DNA of 64,000 bases, from the IMG/VR virus record IMGVR_UViG_3300035661_000010; one strand, given 5' to 3'. A program made the position numbers and the translations under genes. The number at the start of each line of letters is the position of its first letter. Position 1 is the first letter of the stretch. The notes under the pieces were generated by a model that was given only the letters and a program-made list of their open reading frames with translations, was not told the DNA's origin and searched no databases. Origin of the DNA: a virus. This document shows positions 1-9,293 of the stretch, in pieces.

Positions 1-1
1 C

Positions 2-289
2 CACTGGCATGGCGCGATCATGAACACGATGGCCTACGGCGACGGACTTGATCACGTAAAGAACGACGACATCAAGCACTTTCATCGCATCGCGATGATG
101 ATGGCGTTCATGGACCGAGCCGACTGGCATGGCGCGATCATGAACACGATGGCCTACGGCGACGGACTTGATCACGTAAAGAACGACGACATCAAGCACT
201 TTCATCGCATCGCGATGATGATGGCGTTCATGGACCGAGCCGACTGGATGGCTCTCCAGCACGCCTTCTTGGAGCTGGAGACGGATTGA
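2..289 (+). CDS. Hypothetical protein, 5'-truncated by window edge
   Basis: Frame open from position 2 to TGA 289; stop overlaps the next start (TTGA). Confidence 0.6.
   Translation, partial: HWHGAIMNTMAYGDGLDHVKNDDIKHFHRIAMMMAFMDRADWHGAIMNTMAYGDGLDHVKNDDIKHFHRIAMMMAFMDRADWMALQHAFLELETD
3..247 (+). repeat. Perfect 120-bp in-frame tandem duplication
   Basis: Positions 3-127 are identical to 123-247; duplicates 40 aa of the ORF ending at 289. Confidence 0.95.
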
Positions 290-630
290 ACACGTATCGC
301 ATCATCAAGCAGCCCTCCGGGTTCACCTATGTGTGCATCCCAGATCTGTTCCCAGGCCACCCTCGTGAAAACGAAGAGACGGTTTGGGAGGGAGAAGCGG
401 AGGACATGAAAGGCGCGTGGGCAAAAGCTGCGTCCGAGAAACTTCAAACGCTCGACTTGCGCAGCGGATTTCTGGGTACGACCAAGCCAAAGCCTCTACG
501 TCCGAAGACGATGTCGACGGACGAGGTGAAGCACGTTCTTCCGCCGCCAGCGGCGCAGGCTATCCTGGAGGCAGGGCTGATACCGGCTACGGTAGGCATC
601 AAGAAGCAACCGCCGAAGAAGAAGATCTAA
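286..630 (+). CDS. Hypothetical protein
   Basis: GGAG RBS, TTG start overlapping the upstream stop. Confidence 0.6.
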   Translation: MNTYRIIKQPSGFTYVCIPDLFPGHPRENEETVWEGEAEDMKGAWAKAASEKLQTLDLRSGFLGTTKPKPLRPKTMSTDEVKHVLPPPAAQAILEAGLIPATVGIKKQPPKKKI

Positions 631-639
631 GAGGAACCA

Positions 640-1443
640 GTGGACAACGTTATTCGGCTCGTTGATGCGAGAACACGCAAGCACTTGCGAAAGGCTCTCG
701 GTGGCTACGAAAAGACAGCAAACGTGGGCACGCTCATCAGCGTGCTCGGCAACGAAGACCTGAACCTGAAGGTCCGAAAAGCTGCGATGGCTGAGATCAC
801 CAGGAGGTACCTGGTATCGGTGAAAGACCTCGCTGGCCAGCTCATCGGCCGCCGGTTCACGGTCGAGGAGAAGCTCTTCGAGAATCCAGTCGAGGCCATG
901 TCCCAGAGGAACGGAGAAATCTTCGCTGAGAAGCATGCCAAGCGCGCAGACCTTTGGATTCGTCTCTTCGTCCAATCGTCGATGAAGTCCGAGGCAGCCA
1001 CGTCTTGGCTCGCTCTGTCGCTGCACCATCGTCAGCTCTCGATCGACTTCGAAAGCGTGAAGGCGCTCGTGGCCGCCAGTCCAAAGGAGGCGAAGGTACC
1101 GTTCCTCAAGGAGGCGATGTACGGCTTCGGCGAGAACACTGTCTGGGTCGGGCTCAAGTGGCCGTTCGATGGAGTCAGAGTGAACGTACCGCCGTCGAGC
1201 CCAGCTTTCACTAACGTGACGAAGTGGGTCGTCACTCCGTTTTTTGCAGATTGCACCATCTGCAAGAATCGGATCGAGACCATGAGCGACGGCCGCCTTC
1301 GTTGCCCAGGCACGGACTACCCGCGCCCGCCTAGTGTGGTCATGGCCAACGTTGCCGAGAATGGGTGCGCTTCATTCGAGAATGAGAACGAGCCAGTCAG
1401 ACGCCTTCATCTGGAGGCAGTAGCAAAGGAGCAACGACAATGA
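640..1443 (+). CDS. Hypothetical protein with C-terminal Cys cluster
   Basis: GAGGA RBS; 267 aa; CTIC...C...C near C-terminus. Confidence 0.7.
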   Translation: MDNVIRLVDARTRKHLRKALGGYEKTANVGTLISVLGNEDLNLKVRKAAMAEITRRYLVSVKDLAGQLIGRRFTVEEKLFENPVEAMSQRNGEIFAEKHAKRADLWIRLFVQSSMKSEAATSWLALSLHHRQLSIDFESVKALVAASPKEAKVPFLKEAMYGFGENTVWVGLKWPFDGVRVNVPPSSPAFTNVTKWVVTPFFADCTICKNRIETMSDGRLRCPGTDYPRPPSVVMANVAENGCASFENENEPVRRLHLEAVAKEQRQ

Positions 1444-1655
1444 GCCAGAAAGCAAGCAAGAGTGAAGATCCAACGCCACGCTGCGTGACGTGCGGCGAAA
1501 CGCATGACGTAAGAGTGGAACCAGTACCGCCGTTCGGCGCGTTTCAGAAGTACAAGGAAGGCTTGTACTCATGTCCGGTGCCGCCAATGCCAAGCGGTCG
1601 GTGGACGGAGGATTCGTGGGTTCGATGGATCACGAACCACGGAGTGTGGCTGTGA
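1440..1655 (+). CDS. Small Zn-ribbon-like hypothetical protein
   Basis: AAGGAG RBS, ATGA overlap, CVTC motif. Confidence 0.55.
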   Translation: MSQKASKSEDPTPRCVTCGETHDVRVEPVPPFGAFQKYKEGLYSCPVPPMPSGRWTEDSWVRWITNHGVWL

Positions 1656-2098
1656 GCTCGGTCGCTAGCGCTCCGGCTACAGATCGAGCAGAGACGTACG
1701 AGGACCTCTCATACTTGCTCGATGAAGAGTGCAAAACGACGGGCGCGGAACGACGCGAGCTTGTCGAGAAGACCACGAGGATAAACGCAGAGGCTTGGCT
1801 CTACTCTGATCGATACGGTAGCTACCGATACGTATTGAGGGTCGATAACGCGATCGTCTGTGCGCTTCAGTTCATGAGCAAGGACGAACAGAACGCCACC
1901 CTCACGAACGCGTACACGCACATGAGCCATCGTCGTCGCGGGTACGCAAGGTACTTGCTCGAAGTTGCGATGAAGAAGTTTCGGCAGCCCGGGACAACGC
2001 TCGCCAGCATCAACTTCTCGAAAGATCGTTCACTTGTCGGAGAGGCGTGGGTCACGAAGATGAGCGACACCTTCTGGCCGTGCCGTGTTCGACGGTAA
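1652..2098 (+). CDS. GNAT-family acetyltransferase
   Basis: Motif A-like LTNAYTHMSHRRRGYARYLL; GTGA overlap start. Confidence 0.65.
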   Translation: MSSVASAPATDRAETYEDLSYLLDEECKTTGAERRELVEKTTRINAEAWLYSDRYGSYRYVLRVDNAIVCALQFMSKDEQNATLTNAYTHMSHRRRGYARYLLEVAMKKFRQPGTTLASINFSKDRSLVGEAWVTKMSDTFWPCRVRR

Positions 2099-2667
2099 TG
2101 ACATGGATCCCAACTTTTGCAGAAGGCACTGGTGACATCATGGACGATGACAAGATCAAGATCGACGCTGGCGAATGGGAGAAAACGAAGCGCGTCTTCG
2201 ATGAGATCAAGGCAATGTGTAAGCGCCACCAGATCGTCGTGATCGTGGGGTCGCCGTCGCATGCGAATCGTCAGATCAATGAGCTGAAAGATCTTCCGTT
2301 CGGAGACTTCTCCGAGATCGTGTCAGAGATTCCGAGTGTGTATGTCTCTCTGATCTTGCTCGACGAGCCGAAGGGCGAGATGACCATGAAGGTCCTCAAG
2401 AAGCGTCGCGTCACCAACGTGAAGGAGATGACGCGAGAGGATCTGGAGTCTGTCGTCACCGACGTTCAGGCAGTCCTGTGGCCGTTCAATGACGAACGAG
2501 ATCAGGAGTACGAGTGGGGTGCCGACACGATCGAATATGTTGCGAGGGCACTCGATGATCATGGGCTCGGTCCGGGTACCGTGGTGCCAGTTCCAGAGGA
2601 GGCAAAGTGCACCTGCGCAGCTCGTCTCGGATTGCCGCATTCTCAACCGTGCGAGATTCACGGTTGA
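2098..2667 (+). CDS. Hypothetical protein
   Basis: TAATG overlap; start could be the downstream ATG (MDDDK). Confidence 0.6.
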   Translation: MTWIPTFAEGTGDIMDDDKIKIDAGEWEKTKRVFDEIKAMCKRHQIVVIVGSPSHANRQINELKDLPFGDFSEIVSEIPSVYVSLILLDEPKGEMTMKVLKKRRVTNVKEMTREDLESVVTDVQAVLWPFNDERDQEYEWGADTIEYVARALDDHGLGPGTVVPVPEEAKCTCAARLGLPHSQPCEIHG

Positions 2668-2671
2668 TGCC

Positions 2672-3109
2672 ATGAGTAACCCTACAAGACAGAACTGGGC
2701 AAAGCTAAGCAAAGAGGCAGCCGCCGAGATCGAGCGTCGTGCTCGAACAATGAGCAAGGCCGAAGCAGCCAAGTCCTTGAACATGGGCGTCTACACGCTC
2801 TATGGTTTGCTGAGCGGCGGTACGGCTCGACCAGACACGATCAGGCGCCTCGAAGAGACGGTCCGAAAGCAGGCCGAAGAAGCGAGGAAGCATGACGAAG
2901 AGCAGGGCGGAAGCGACCAAGACGTGTGCCTATGTAGTGAAGTGCGACTACAAGGGGAGGACTCCGCCTCGACAGTGCAAGGCAGATGCGAAGAAGGGGT
3001 CATGAGCACTGCGGTACCCACCTCTACGTGTTGTCCAAGTACGCTACGAGCGAACGGCTCGATGGAGGATTCTGTATCTGGTGCTCGCAGCCAGCGAAGA
3101 GGTATGTGA
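2672..3109 (+). CDS. Putative HTH DNA-binding protein (3' end uncertain)
   Basis: MSKAEAAKSLNMGVYTLYGLLSG..RPDTIRRL resembles an XRE/Cro HTH; 3' part overlaps the frameshifted Zn-finger gene. Confidence 0.5.
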   Translation: MSNPTRQNWAKLSKEAAAEIERRARTMSKAEAAKSLNMGVYTLYGLLSGGTARPDTIRRLEETVRKQAEEARKHDEEQGGSDQDVCLCSEVRLQGEDSASTVQGRCEEGVMSTAVPTSTCCPSTLRANGSMEDSVSGARSQRRGM

Positions 3110-3168
3110 GGGATGGAGTGACAATCGCTCTATGCCAGAAGTGCGGCAAGAGCTTGGCAAGCTTCTGA
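2892..3168 (+). pseudogene. Zn-finger protein split by a +1 frameshift at AAGAAGGGGT (2991-3000)
   Basis: Removing one G joins MTKSRAEATKTCAYVVKC...RQCKADAKKG to HEHCGTH...CIWC...CQKC. Confidence 0.55.
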
Positions 3169-3180
3169 TGGGAGAGACCT

Positions 3181-4086
3181 ATGGTCGCAGAACGTAGAGC
3201 AAGGATCGATTTGTACTGTGGGCCGCTAAACAGCATCGAGCGGCGCCAGATACCTGGGATCGACATGAAGGGCGGATATGTCGCCGAGCGAAAGTACGAC
3301 GGCATGTGGTGCGCCTGGCATGTCGATCACGCCGGGAGCAGCGATCACAGGTTCGAGTCTCGTACCGGCCTCGACTGCGATGGGTCAGACATCGACGGTC
3401 TCCAAGGGATCGACATGGGGCCTGTTGGCAGGGGCACGGTCCTCATCGGTGAACTGGAGGCCGCCTCCGAGCTTGCGACGAAGTCGTACAAGCAGCTCGG
3501 ACATCGGAGGTTCTTTGTTTACGACGTGGCCATCTACCAGGGCATCGACCTCCGTGGTCGTCCGTACAGGGAGCGCCAGGCAGTCCTGCGAAAGCAGATC
3601 TGGTACGCGATCCCAAGAACGCACCAGAGGAAGGTCGTGCTCGCAGAGCAGGTGTTCGACGGGTTCTTGCCATTCTACGATCGCATCCTGTCCGAAGGTG
3701 GCGAAGGCATAGTGCTGAAGCCCCTGGATCTGGCGGCCCGACCGACGAGAGCTGATGGGAAGACCCCGGAGTGGCTCAGGGTCAAGCCATGGAGAACGGT
3801 CGACTACATCGTCGTTGGTCCGGCCCGAACAGAGAAGGGGGAGCTGAGCGCGAAGCTTGGCCTGTGGGGGAACGGAAAGCCGCGTGTTGTCCTTCAGTGC
3901 TCGCTCCCAGATCTCGAGCTGGACGAGTCAGGAGAGAAGCTTGTCCAGGAGGGGCAGGTCGTCGAGCTCTATGGGCGCGAGCTATTCGATTCAGGTGCGA
4001 TTCGTCATGCTGTATTCCGGAGGTGGCGCAAGGACAAGACCCCGGAGATGTGCACTGGTGAGCCGGTTGTCCTTGGCGAGGTCTAG
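3181..4086 (+). CDS. lig: ATP-dependent DNA ligase
   Basis: Motif I ERKYDG, III LIGEL, IIIa FFVYDV, IV EGIVLK, V WLRVK, C-terminal R..VF.RWRKDK. Confidence 0.9.
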   Translation: MVAERRARIDLYCGPLNSIERRQIPGIDMKGGYVAERKYDGMWCAWHVDHAGSSDHRFESRTGLDCDGSDIDGLQGIDMGPVGRGTVLIGELEAASELATKSYKQLGHRRFFVYDVAIYQGIDLRGRPYRERQAVLRKQIWYAIPRTHQRKVVLAEQVFDGFLPFYDRILSEGGEGIVLKPLDLAARPTRADGKTPEWLRVKPWRTVDYIVVGPARTEKGELSAKLGLWGNGKPRVVLQCSLPDLELDESGEKLVQEGQVVELYGRELFDSGAIRHAVFRRWRKDKTPEMCTGEPVVLGEV

Positions 4087-4103
4087 TCACGAAGGGAAGA
4101 GCG

Positions 4104-4490
4104 ATGATGGTTCCGGTCAAGCGTCAGGTCTGTGTGAACGGCAAGTCTCTGGGTTGGTTCGTTCGCGATGAGAATGGGGACTGCAAGATCGTTGGAGGCG
4201 GTGACCTCTCACAGGTCGAAAGAAAGCTGCTCAACTTGTGTTTCGAGGTGCTGAAGCACTCGGTCTGTCGCAACGGACACTTCCCGAGCGAAGAGCAGAT
4301 GCATGCGAACGCCGTGCGGCTTGCGGTACCGACGTATGTCATCGGGCCACTGTTTGCTCATTCGAACGAGAGCCTCGCCAGGCTTCTCGGTGTACCTCCG
4401 TCACTTGTCATGACACGACGCGAGCAGATCCTTGCCTACCAAGGTCACGGTCGCATCCCGATCAACATCCTTGGTGGTGGCGATGCGTGA
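4104..4490 (+). CDS. Hypothetical protein
   Basis: Operonic ORF, 128 aa. Confidence 0.55.
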   Translation: MMVPVKRQVCVNGKSLGWFVRDENGDCKIVGGGDLSQVERKLLNLCFEVLKHSVCRNGHFPSEEQMHANAVRLAVPTYVIGPLFAHSNESLARLLGVPPSLVMTRREQILAYQGHGRIPINILGGGDA

Positions 4491-4809
4491 TGAAGGCGCT
4501 CGTGCCAGAGCGGCCAAGGCCAGCCTGGAGCGCCTTCACACTGTCCTGGCAAGGAAAGGCCAAGGACAGACGCTGAGAGACAACAGCATCACGATTCGCT
4601 CGATCAACGAGATGATCGGATTCTGGAAGACGATTCGAGCACTCAGAAGCAAGGTTGCCCTGCTGAAGGGTGAGCTGGTCGAGTACGGGTGGGCATGCGG
4701 CTGCAATGCGCTAGCCAGCAACGGAGCGGTCACGCAGTTGGTGAAGTGCAAGGAGCACGGAGGCGTAGACGACTTTGAGTTCGATTCTTTCGACGAAGAG
4801 CAGCTCTGA
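4483..4809 (+). CDS. Hypothetical protein (CGC...C..H, acidic tail)
   Basis: Overlapping start, GGTGG RBS. Confidence 0.55.
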   Translation: MRDEGARARAAKASLERLHTVLARKGQGQTLRDNSITIRSINEMIGFWKTIRALRSKVALLKGELVEYGWACGCNALASNGAVTQLVKCKEHGGVDDFEFDSFDEEQL

Positions 4810-4810
4810 G

Positions 4811-5206
4811 ATGACCAGGCGAGATTCGCCGCTGCGCGTCTCCACCATGTTGATGGGGACGGGAACGGAAAAGAGGCAGACGAGGTTGAAGAAGGTATAC
4901 GGGCTCGACCAAGCCTTCTCGATGAAGAGGTCTGGAACCAGGTACCTCGTGTACGTGGAGGACCACTGGGTCGGCGAACTGCCGACGCTGGCTGCTCAAG
5001 CATGCTGCGCGGCCGACGATAGCGGTGTGGAGGTCGGGCTCAAGATGGCGAAGGTGGTCCAGGTTCCGTACGCCCTGGCAGATGCGAGACGAGCAGCGTT
5101 CGAGTTGTTCGATCGTCATGAGAGTGATGCGCCGAAGAAGGTCTTTGGCGTGTTGGTGGTGGTGGAGATCGGAAAGGCGAACGAGGTCCGAGGGCTTCTT
5201 CGATAG
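4811..5206 (+). CDS. Hypothetical protein
   Basis: Operonic ORF. Confidence 0.5.
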   Translation: MTRRDSPLRVSTMLMGTGTEKRQTRLKKVYGLDQAFSMKRSGTRYLVYVEDHWVGELPTLAAQACCAADDSGVEVGLKMAKVVQVPYALADARRAAFELFDRHESDAPKKVFGVLVVVEIGKANEVRGLLR

Positions 5207-5213
5207 GTCGAAC

Positions 5214-5510
5214 ATGAGTCTGGAAGATGACACGAAGGCGCTGCAAGCGTCAGCGCAGAAGGCAGGACAGTTGGCGGAGATCATCGGCACGCTCGCGGCG
5301 CGCGTCATCCCTCAAGATGGCGAGTTCGTGCTCGTGTTCGCGGTGGTGAGGCAGGAGGACAAGGCTTTCGCGGTCGGCTCGACACCACGACTGAAAGACC
5401 CAGCCAAGGACATGGAGGACATCTTCCGTACGGTCTTGAAGACGATGGAGGGCTCGAAACCACAGGCGGTCGTACAAGGAGATGTGCCGAAGGACCCAGC
5501 GCTCCACTGA
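5214..5510 (+). CDS. Hypothetical protein
   Basis: AGGT RBS, operonic ORF. Confidence 0.55.
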   Translation: MSLEDDTKALQASAQKAGQLAEIIGTLAARVIPQDGEFVLVFAVVRQEDKAFAVGSTPRLKDPAKDMEDIFRTVLKTMEGSKPQAVVQGDVPKDPALH

Positions 5511-5664
5511 TCGCACGGGCGAAACCAAATCCTGGCCACACGAGGCCCTCAATGCCATCATCCTATCCCCTCCACAACCCCCTCAGGCCCAAGCCATACG
5601 GAAGCACACGGACAGCTTCACGCATGCCCACGGCCAGTCACCTCAACACTCTCGGAGACACGAC

Positions 5665-5985
5665 ATGGTTTGGACTCTGCCCCCGATCTTCTGTGGTTGG
5701 GTCGTCACACGCGTCAGAGACCTGAAGCTGCCGGACCCGGCCACCTTCGACGTGCAAGCGTATGTGAAGGAAGCGTCGAACGGAGACCTCGTCAACGACA
5801 TTGGACGTCCGCACATAGTTGCTCACATGGATCACGACACAGCTCTCAAGGTTGCCGCGGATCACTTCGGGATCATTAAGTCGACAGACGAACTGACGCT
5901 TGTTGCGCTGCGGGTCCCGGAGGTTAGCAAGGGTACGGTAGTCCTTCGGTACCACAAGGACAAGGTCATCGCCGACGAGGTTTGA
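5665..5985 (+). CDS. Hypothetical protein
   Basis: GGAG RBS after a C-rich intergenic gap. Confidence 0.55.
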   Translation: MVWTLPPIFCGWVVTRVRDLKLPDPATFDVQAYVKEASNGDLVNDIGRPHIVAHMDHDTALKVAADHFGIIKSTDELTLVALRVPEVSKGTVVLRYHKDKVIADEV

Positions 5986-6007
5986 GCGCAAGCGCTTGCG
6001 GAGACAG

Positions 6008-6493
6008 ATGAGCAACAAGAACGCAGCAAAGATCGTCGAAGTCCTGGATGGAGTGCGAGTTGCTCACAGCCCACCATGGGACATGAGAGCGAACATGTTC
6101 TGTGTGTCTCCAGGGACGCCTGTAGTGGATGGTGTCCACATGCACGTTCGTCGAACGTGGGCGGATGCCGATGAGATCGACATCGTCGTCGCTGTCGATA
6201 CCGGGTACCTCGACTGTGGATGCAACGGAGAGCGACGCATGCGCGGGCATAAGGCTCACGTGAATGGACACCTCTCGGAGCAGGCTTGGTACATGGAGCT
6301 GTGTGCGATCCATGTGCAGAAGCAAACGGCTCGCAAGCAGAGAGTGATGATGGGTGGGCAAGGAGCCAACGGCACCATGCTGCTCCTTGCATTCAGCGAC
6401 GAAGAGCTAAGGGAAGAACTGCGACGAAGAGGAAAGGGCAATGACCATGAGCAAGAGCGAAGAGACGAAGAAGCGAAACCCACCACTGACTGA
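6008..6493 (+). CDS. Hypothetical protein
   Basis: GGAG RBS. Confidence 0.55.
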   Translation: MSNKNAAKIVEVLDGVRVAHSPPWDMRANMFCVSPGTPVVDGVHMHVRRTWADADEIDIVVAVDTGYLDCGCNGERRMRGHKAHVNGHLSEQAWYMELCAIHVQKQTARKQRVMMGGQGANGTMLLLAFSDEELREELRRRGKGNDHEQERRDEEAKPTTD

Positions 6494-6644
6494 CGGCGAT
6501 CGCGCGAACATCCTGGCGATGGCCATAGGTTTCTGTGAAGACCTTGGCGACGACATCGAGATCATGAGCGACTCGAAGATCGATGAGACCCCCGGATGGT
6601 TCTGGGTTCATGCCCGCGTGTGGGTGAAAGGACCTACGTCGTGA
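6441..6644 (+). CDS. Hypothetical protein
   Basis: GAGG RBS; stop overlaps the next GTG. Confidence 0.45.
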   Translation: MTMSKSEETKKRNPPLTDGDRANILAMAIGFCEDLGDDIEIMSDSKIDETPGWFWVHARVWVKGPTS

Positions 6645-6976
6645 GCGGCGAGCAGGGTCCGGCACTAACGCAGATGGAGTTCAAGGGCGATGACTTCGAT
6701 GTCGCGGAGAAGATAGCTCGCCGGCTTGGGTTCAAGCAGACGGCCTACACATCGTCGTCGGCTCTCTGGGGTCTGTTCTGTCTTCCAGATCGACCGACCC
6801 AGAACAGAGGGTGCATCATCAAGACGAAGGAGCTCGGCATGCTCTTCGTCCAAGATGTCGAAGACATGCTGCTCGATCCACAGTCCCTCAAGCCGGCAGA
6901 GGTCGAAGTGGTCAGGCACGAGAAGCCTCAGTCACTTCCCATGTTCGATGGCCCTGGGAAAAAGTACGAGTACTGA
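6641..6976 (+). CDS. Hypothetical protein
   Basis: GTGA overlap. Confidence 0.5.
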   Translation: MSGEQGPALTQMEFKGDDFDVAEKIARRLGFKQTAYTSSSALWGLFCLPDRPTQNRGCIIKTKELGMLFVQDVEDMLLDPQSLKPAEVEVVRHEKPQSLPMFDGPGKKYEY

Positions 6977-6977
6977 C

Positions 6978-7400
6978 ATGGACAAGAAATACAAGGAGTG
7001 GATCGCGGCCTACCTGGCTCGCGAGAAGTACGCCGTTCTTGGAAAGTGTCGCCCTGCCGTCGAAGAAATGGTGAAGGTCTTCCCCGAGCTGAAGATCGTC
7101 AAGGGACACGTAGACGTGCCGCTTTGGCCAAAAGACTCGCGTCGTGGCCACTGGTGGCTGGAGACAGAAGCGGGGACGATTGTCGATCCGACAGAGTCGC
7201 AGTTTCTGTCCATCGGTCGGTACATCCCATGGGTGCCCGGTGAGAAGGTTCGCGTCGGGCGGTGCATGTACTGCGGAGATCAGATCTGGGCAGCAATGAT
7301 GTCTTTGGACACGGCTCCTCCGCACCAGAGCTTCTGTGACAACAACGGCAAGTGCTTCAAGGCGTTTGCTGAAGACATGGGCGAGAGCGTAACGGAGTAA
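6978..7400 (+). CDS. Transglutaminase/papain-like-fold protein with C-terminal Cys cluster
   Basis: GKC ... GHWWLE ... IVDPTESQF Cys-His-Asp triad pattern; CMYC...C...C. Confidence 0.5.
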   Translation: MDKKYKEWIAAYLAREKYAVLGKCRPAVEEMVKVFPELKIVKGHVDVPLWPKDSRRGHWWLETEAGTIVDPTESQFLSIGRYIPWVPGEKVRVGRCMYCGDQIWAAMMSLDTAPPHQSFCDNNGKCFKAFAEDMGESVTE

Positions 7401-7411
7401 GGAGAGCGAAC

Positions 7412-7684
7412 ATGAGGATCGAGACGAACGGAATCAGCGTGTGGAAAGCCGGGAACCATCGGGTCAAGGTGGAGCTGGTGGAGAACAAGAGTCCGACCGA
7501 GGACTACTCGGGACCGAACGCCAGAATCATGGACCAGAAGGGTGAGATCGACGCCTTCGTCTACAACTGCACGGCGCTCCAGGGTCGATTCGTGAAGGGC
7601 GAGAAGGTCGCGTTCTTCTTGATGTCGGTCGATCCTCACGGAGTCATCGAGATCGGCGACAAGATCCCGAAGGCGGCCTGGTAA
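7412..7684 (+). CDS. Hypothetical protein
   Basis: AAGGAG RBS. Confidence 0.6.
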   Translation: MRIETNGISVWKAGNHRVKVELVENKSPTEDYSGPNARIMDQKGEIDAFVYNCTALQGRFVKGEKVAFFLMSVDPHGVIEIGDKIPKAAW

Positions 7685-7699
7685 CCAAGGAGAGCGTCG

Positions 7700-7882
7700 A
7701 TGAGAAGGCTACCAGTCCTCATGGATGAGGAAATGCTTGCGGTGAACACCGACGACATGAAGCGTCTGATCGAAGTGGTCGACAGCTTCTTGAGGACGAC
7801 CGCGAAGAAGTGGTCGGACAAGGAGCGCTGGCCGTATATGCGGATCCTTCAGACCCTGAAGAGGACGAGCGGAGATGGTTGA
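7700..7882 (+). CDS. Hypothetical protein
   Basis: AAGGAG RBS. Confidence 0.5.
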   Translation: MRRLPVLMDEEMLAVNTDDMKRLIEVVDSFLRTTAKKWSDKERWPYMRILQTLKRTSGDG

Positions 7883-8279
7883 TTTCAACAAGCTGCTCCG
7901 GGAGAAGCTCGGCCCCGAGAAGTACGCTCAGATGGAGCGCAAGAAGGAGTATCTCGCCAAGGAGAAGAAGAGTCACCGTGACATGAGCGATGACGAGTTG
8001 ATCGTCACTGCTTTGCACGACTGGCACAACTGCTCCTGTACGTGCGACGTTGGAGCTGCCACCGAGTATCCAGAAGGAACGAAGAGAGGGCATGTCAACG
8101 GCTACAACAAGTACGACTGCGTGTACGAGGCAGCCTTGGTCTTCAGGCTGTTGCCTGAGTTGATCATCCGACTCATGCGCGACTCGGATCACTTCAAGCA
8201 CTTCGTCGACCAGCTCGCCGCGGGCGAGACTATCAAGTGTCCAATGACGAACTGCACCGGCTATGTGGAGCTGCCGTGA
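7875..8279 (+). CDS. Hypothetical Cys-rich protein
   Basis: Operonic; CSCTC and CPMTNC. Confidence 0.6.
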   Translation: MVDFNKLLREKLGPEKYAQMERKKEYLAKEKKSHRDMSDDELIVTALHDWHNCSCTCDVGAATEYPEGTKRGHVNGYNKYDCVYEAALVFRLLPELIIRLMRDSDHFKHFVDQLAAGETIKCPMTNCTGYVELP

Positions 8280-8587
8280 AGCCGTTCGAAAAGATGCTGC
8301 GGCTCACCTTGGATCTCTATGAGCTCGAAAAGAACGGCAAGAGCGACGGGCCCGAAGGAGACGCCATCAGAGATCAAATGGACGGACCTTGTGGTTGGGG
8401 CGGCCCAGCGTCGAAAGACGGTCTGCTGACCGACCGAGAGAAGGAGCTGCTGTCGAAGGTATCGTCAGCGCTTCGTCGAATCGTAGATGGCGACACGTGC
8501 CCATGCAAAGAAGGAACGGTTCGACAGTGCAAGATGTTCAGCTGTGGCTGCTTGCACTGCGACAAGTGCGAAAGATCGTTTGGTTGA
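8276..8587 (+). CDS. Hypothetical protein with C-terminal Zn ribbon
   Basis: GTGA overlap; CPC...CLHCDKC. Confidence 0.55.
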   Translation: MKPFEKMLRLTLDLYELEKNGKSDGPEGDAIRDQMDGPCGWGGPASKDGLLTDREKELLSKVSSALRRIVDGDTCPCKEGTVRQCKMFSCGCLHCDKCERSFG

Positions 8588-8606
8588 GCAAGACAAGGAG
8601 AAGACG

Positions 8607-9293
8607 ATGAGCAAGGACAAGAAGACGGAAGAGAAGAGCGACGAGGCGGTCCGCATTGTGGCGCTGTCCGCAGTGGTGGACGTCACCCGCGAGGACCTCG
8701 AAAAGGCGCCGAGCGATAGAGCGCTCACGCTCGTAGAGAAGTCGAAGAACCTCGTCTTCCACGGCAGTGTGAAGGACATGAGCCCGGTGGAGAAGGTGCG
8801 CGCATTCGTTCTGGTGACGCGTCTTGCCAACGCTCTCGATCGTCGCAAGAAGGTTCTCCGCAAGGAAGTCGACGAGATGCTCGCCGAGAACGCTCCCACA
8901 CTGAGTGATCGCGAGGTTCGACTGGAGGCTGGCGAAGGCTTCGCCGCGGTCAGCAAGAACGGCAGCTACGGAAAGAAGGTCCTCAATAGGGACCGAGCCA
9001 TTGCTCTCCTCAAGAAGAAGGAAGAGGAGACGGGGAAGCCGCTCGTCGGCACGTGCATGGTTATCCCGGAGCCACCGCCTCCGTACTTCTCACAGGAGAA
9101 GTTCGAGGCGCTCGTCACACTCGGCATCCTCAAGGCTGATGATGTCAGTGAGTGCATGGACGACGTTCCCGTCTCGACAACGGTGACGGTCGACTGCGAC
9201 GAGATCTATGATGTGGCGATCGCCGGGGCAATCCTCGGGCCCGACCTCGCCGTGAAGAAGGCGCTGAAGAAGGGCAAGAAAGAGTCGCTGTGA
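8607..9293 (+). CDS. Hypothetical protein
   Basis: AAGGAG RBS, 228 aa. Confidence 0.7.
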   Translation: MSKDKKTEEKSDEAVRIVALSAVVDVTREDLEKAPSDRALTLVEKSKNLVFHGSVKDMSPVEKVRAFVLVTRLANALDRRKKVLRKEVDEMLAENAPTLSDREVRLEAGEGFAAVSKNGSYGKKVLNRDRAIALLKKKEEETGKPLVGTCMVIPEPPPPYFSQEKFEALVTLGILKADDVSECMDDVPVSTTVTVDCDEIYDVAIAGAILGPDLAVKKALKKGKKESL

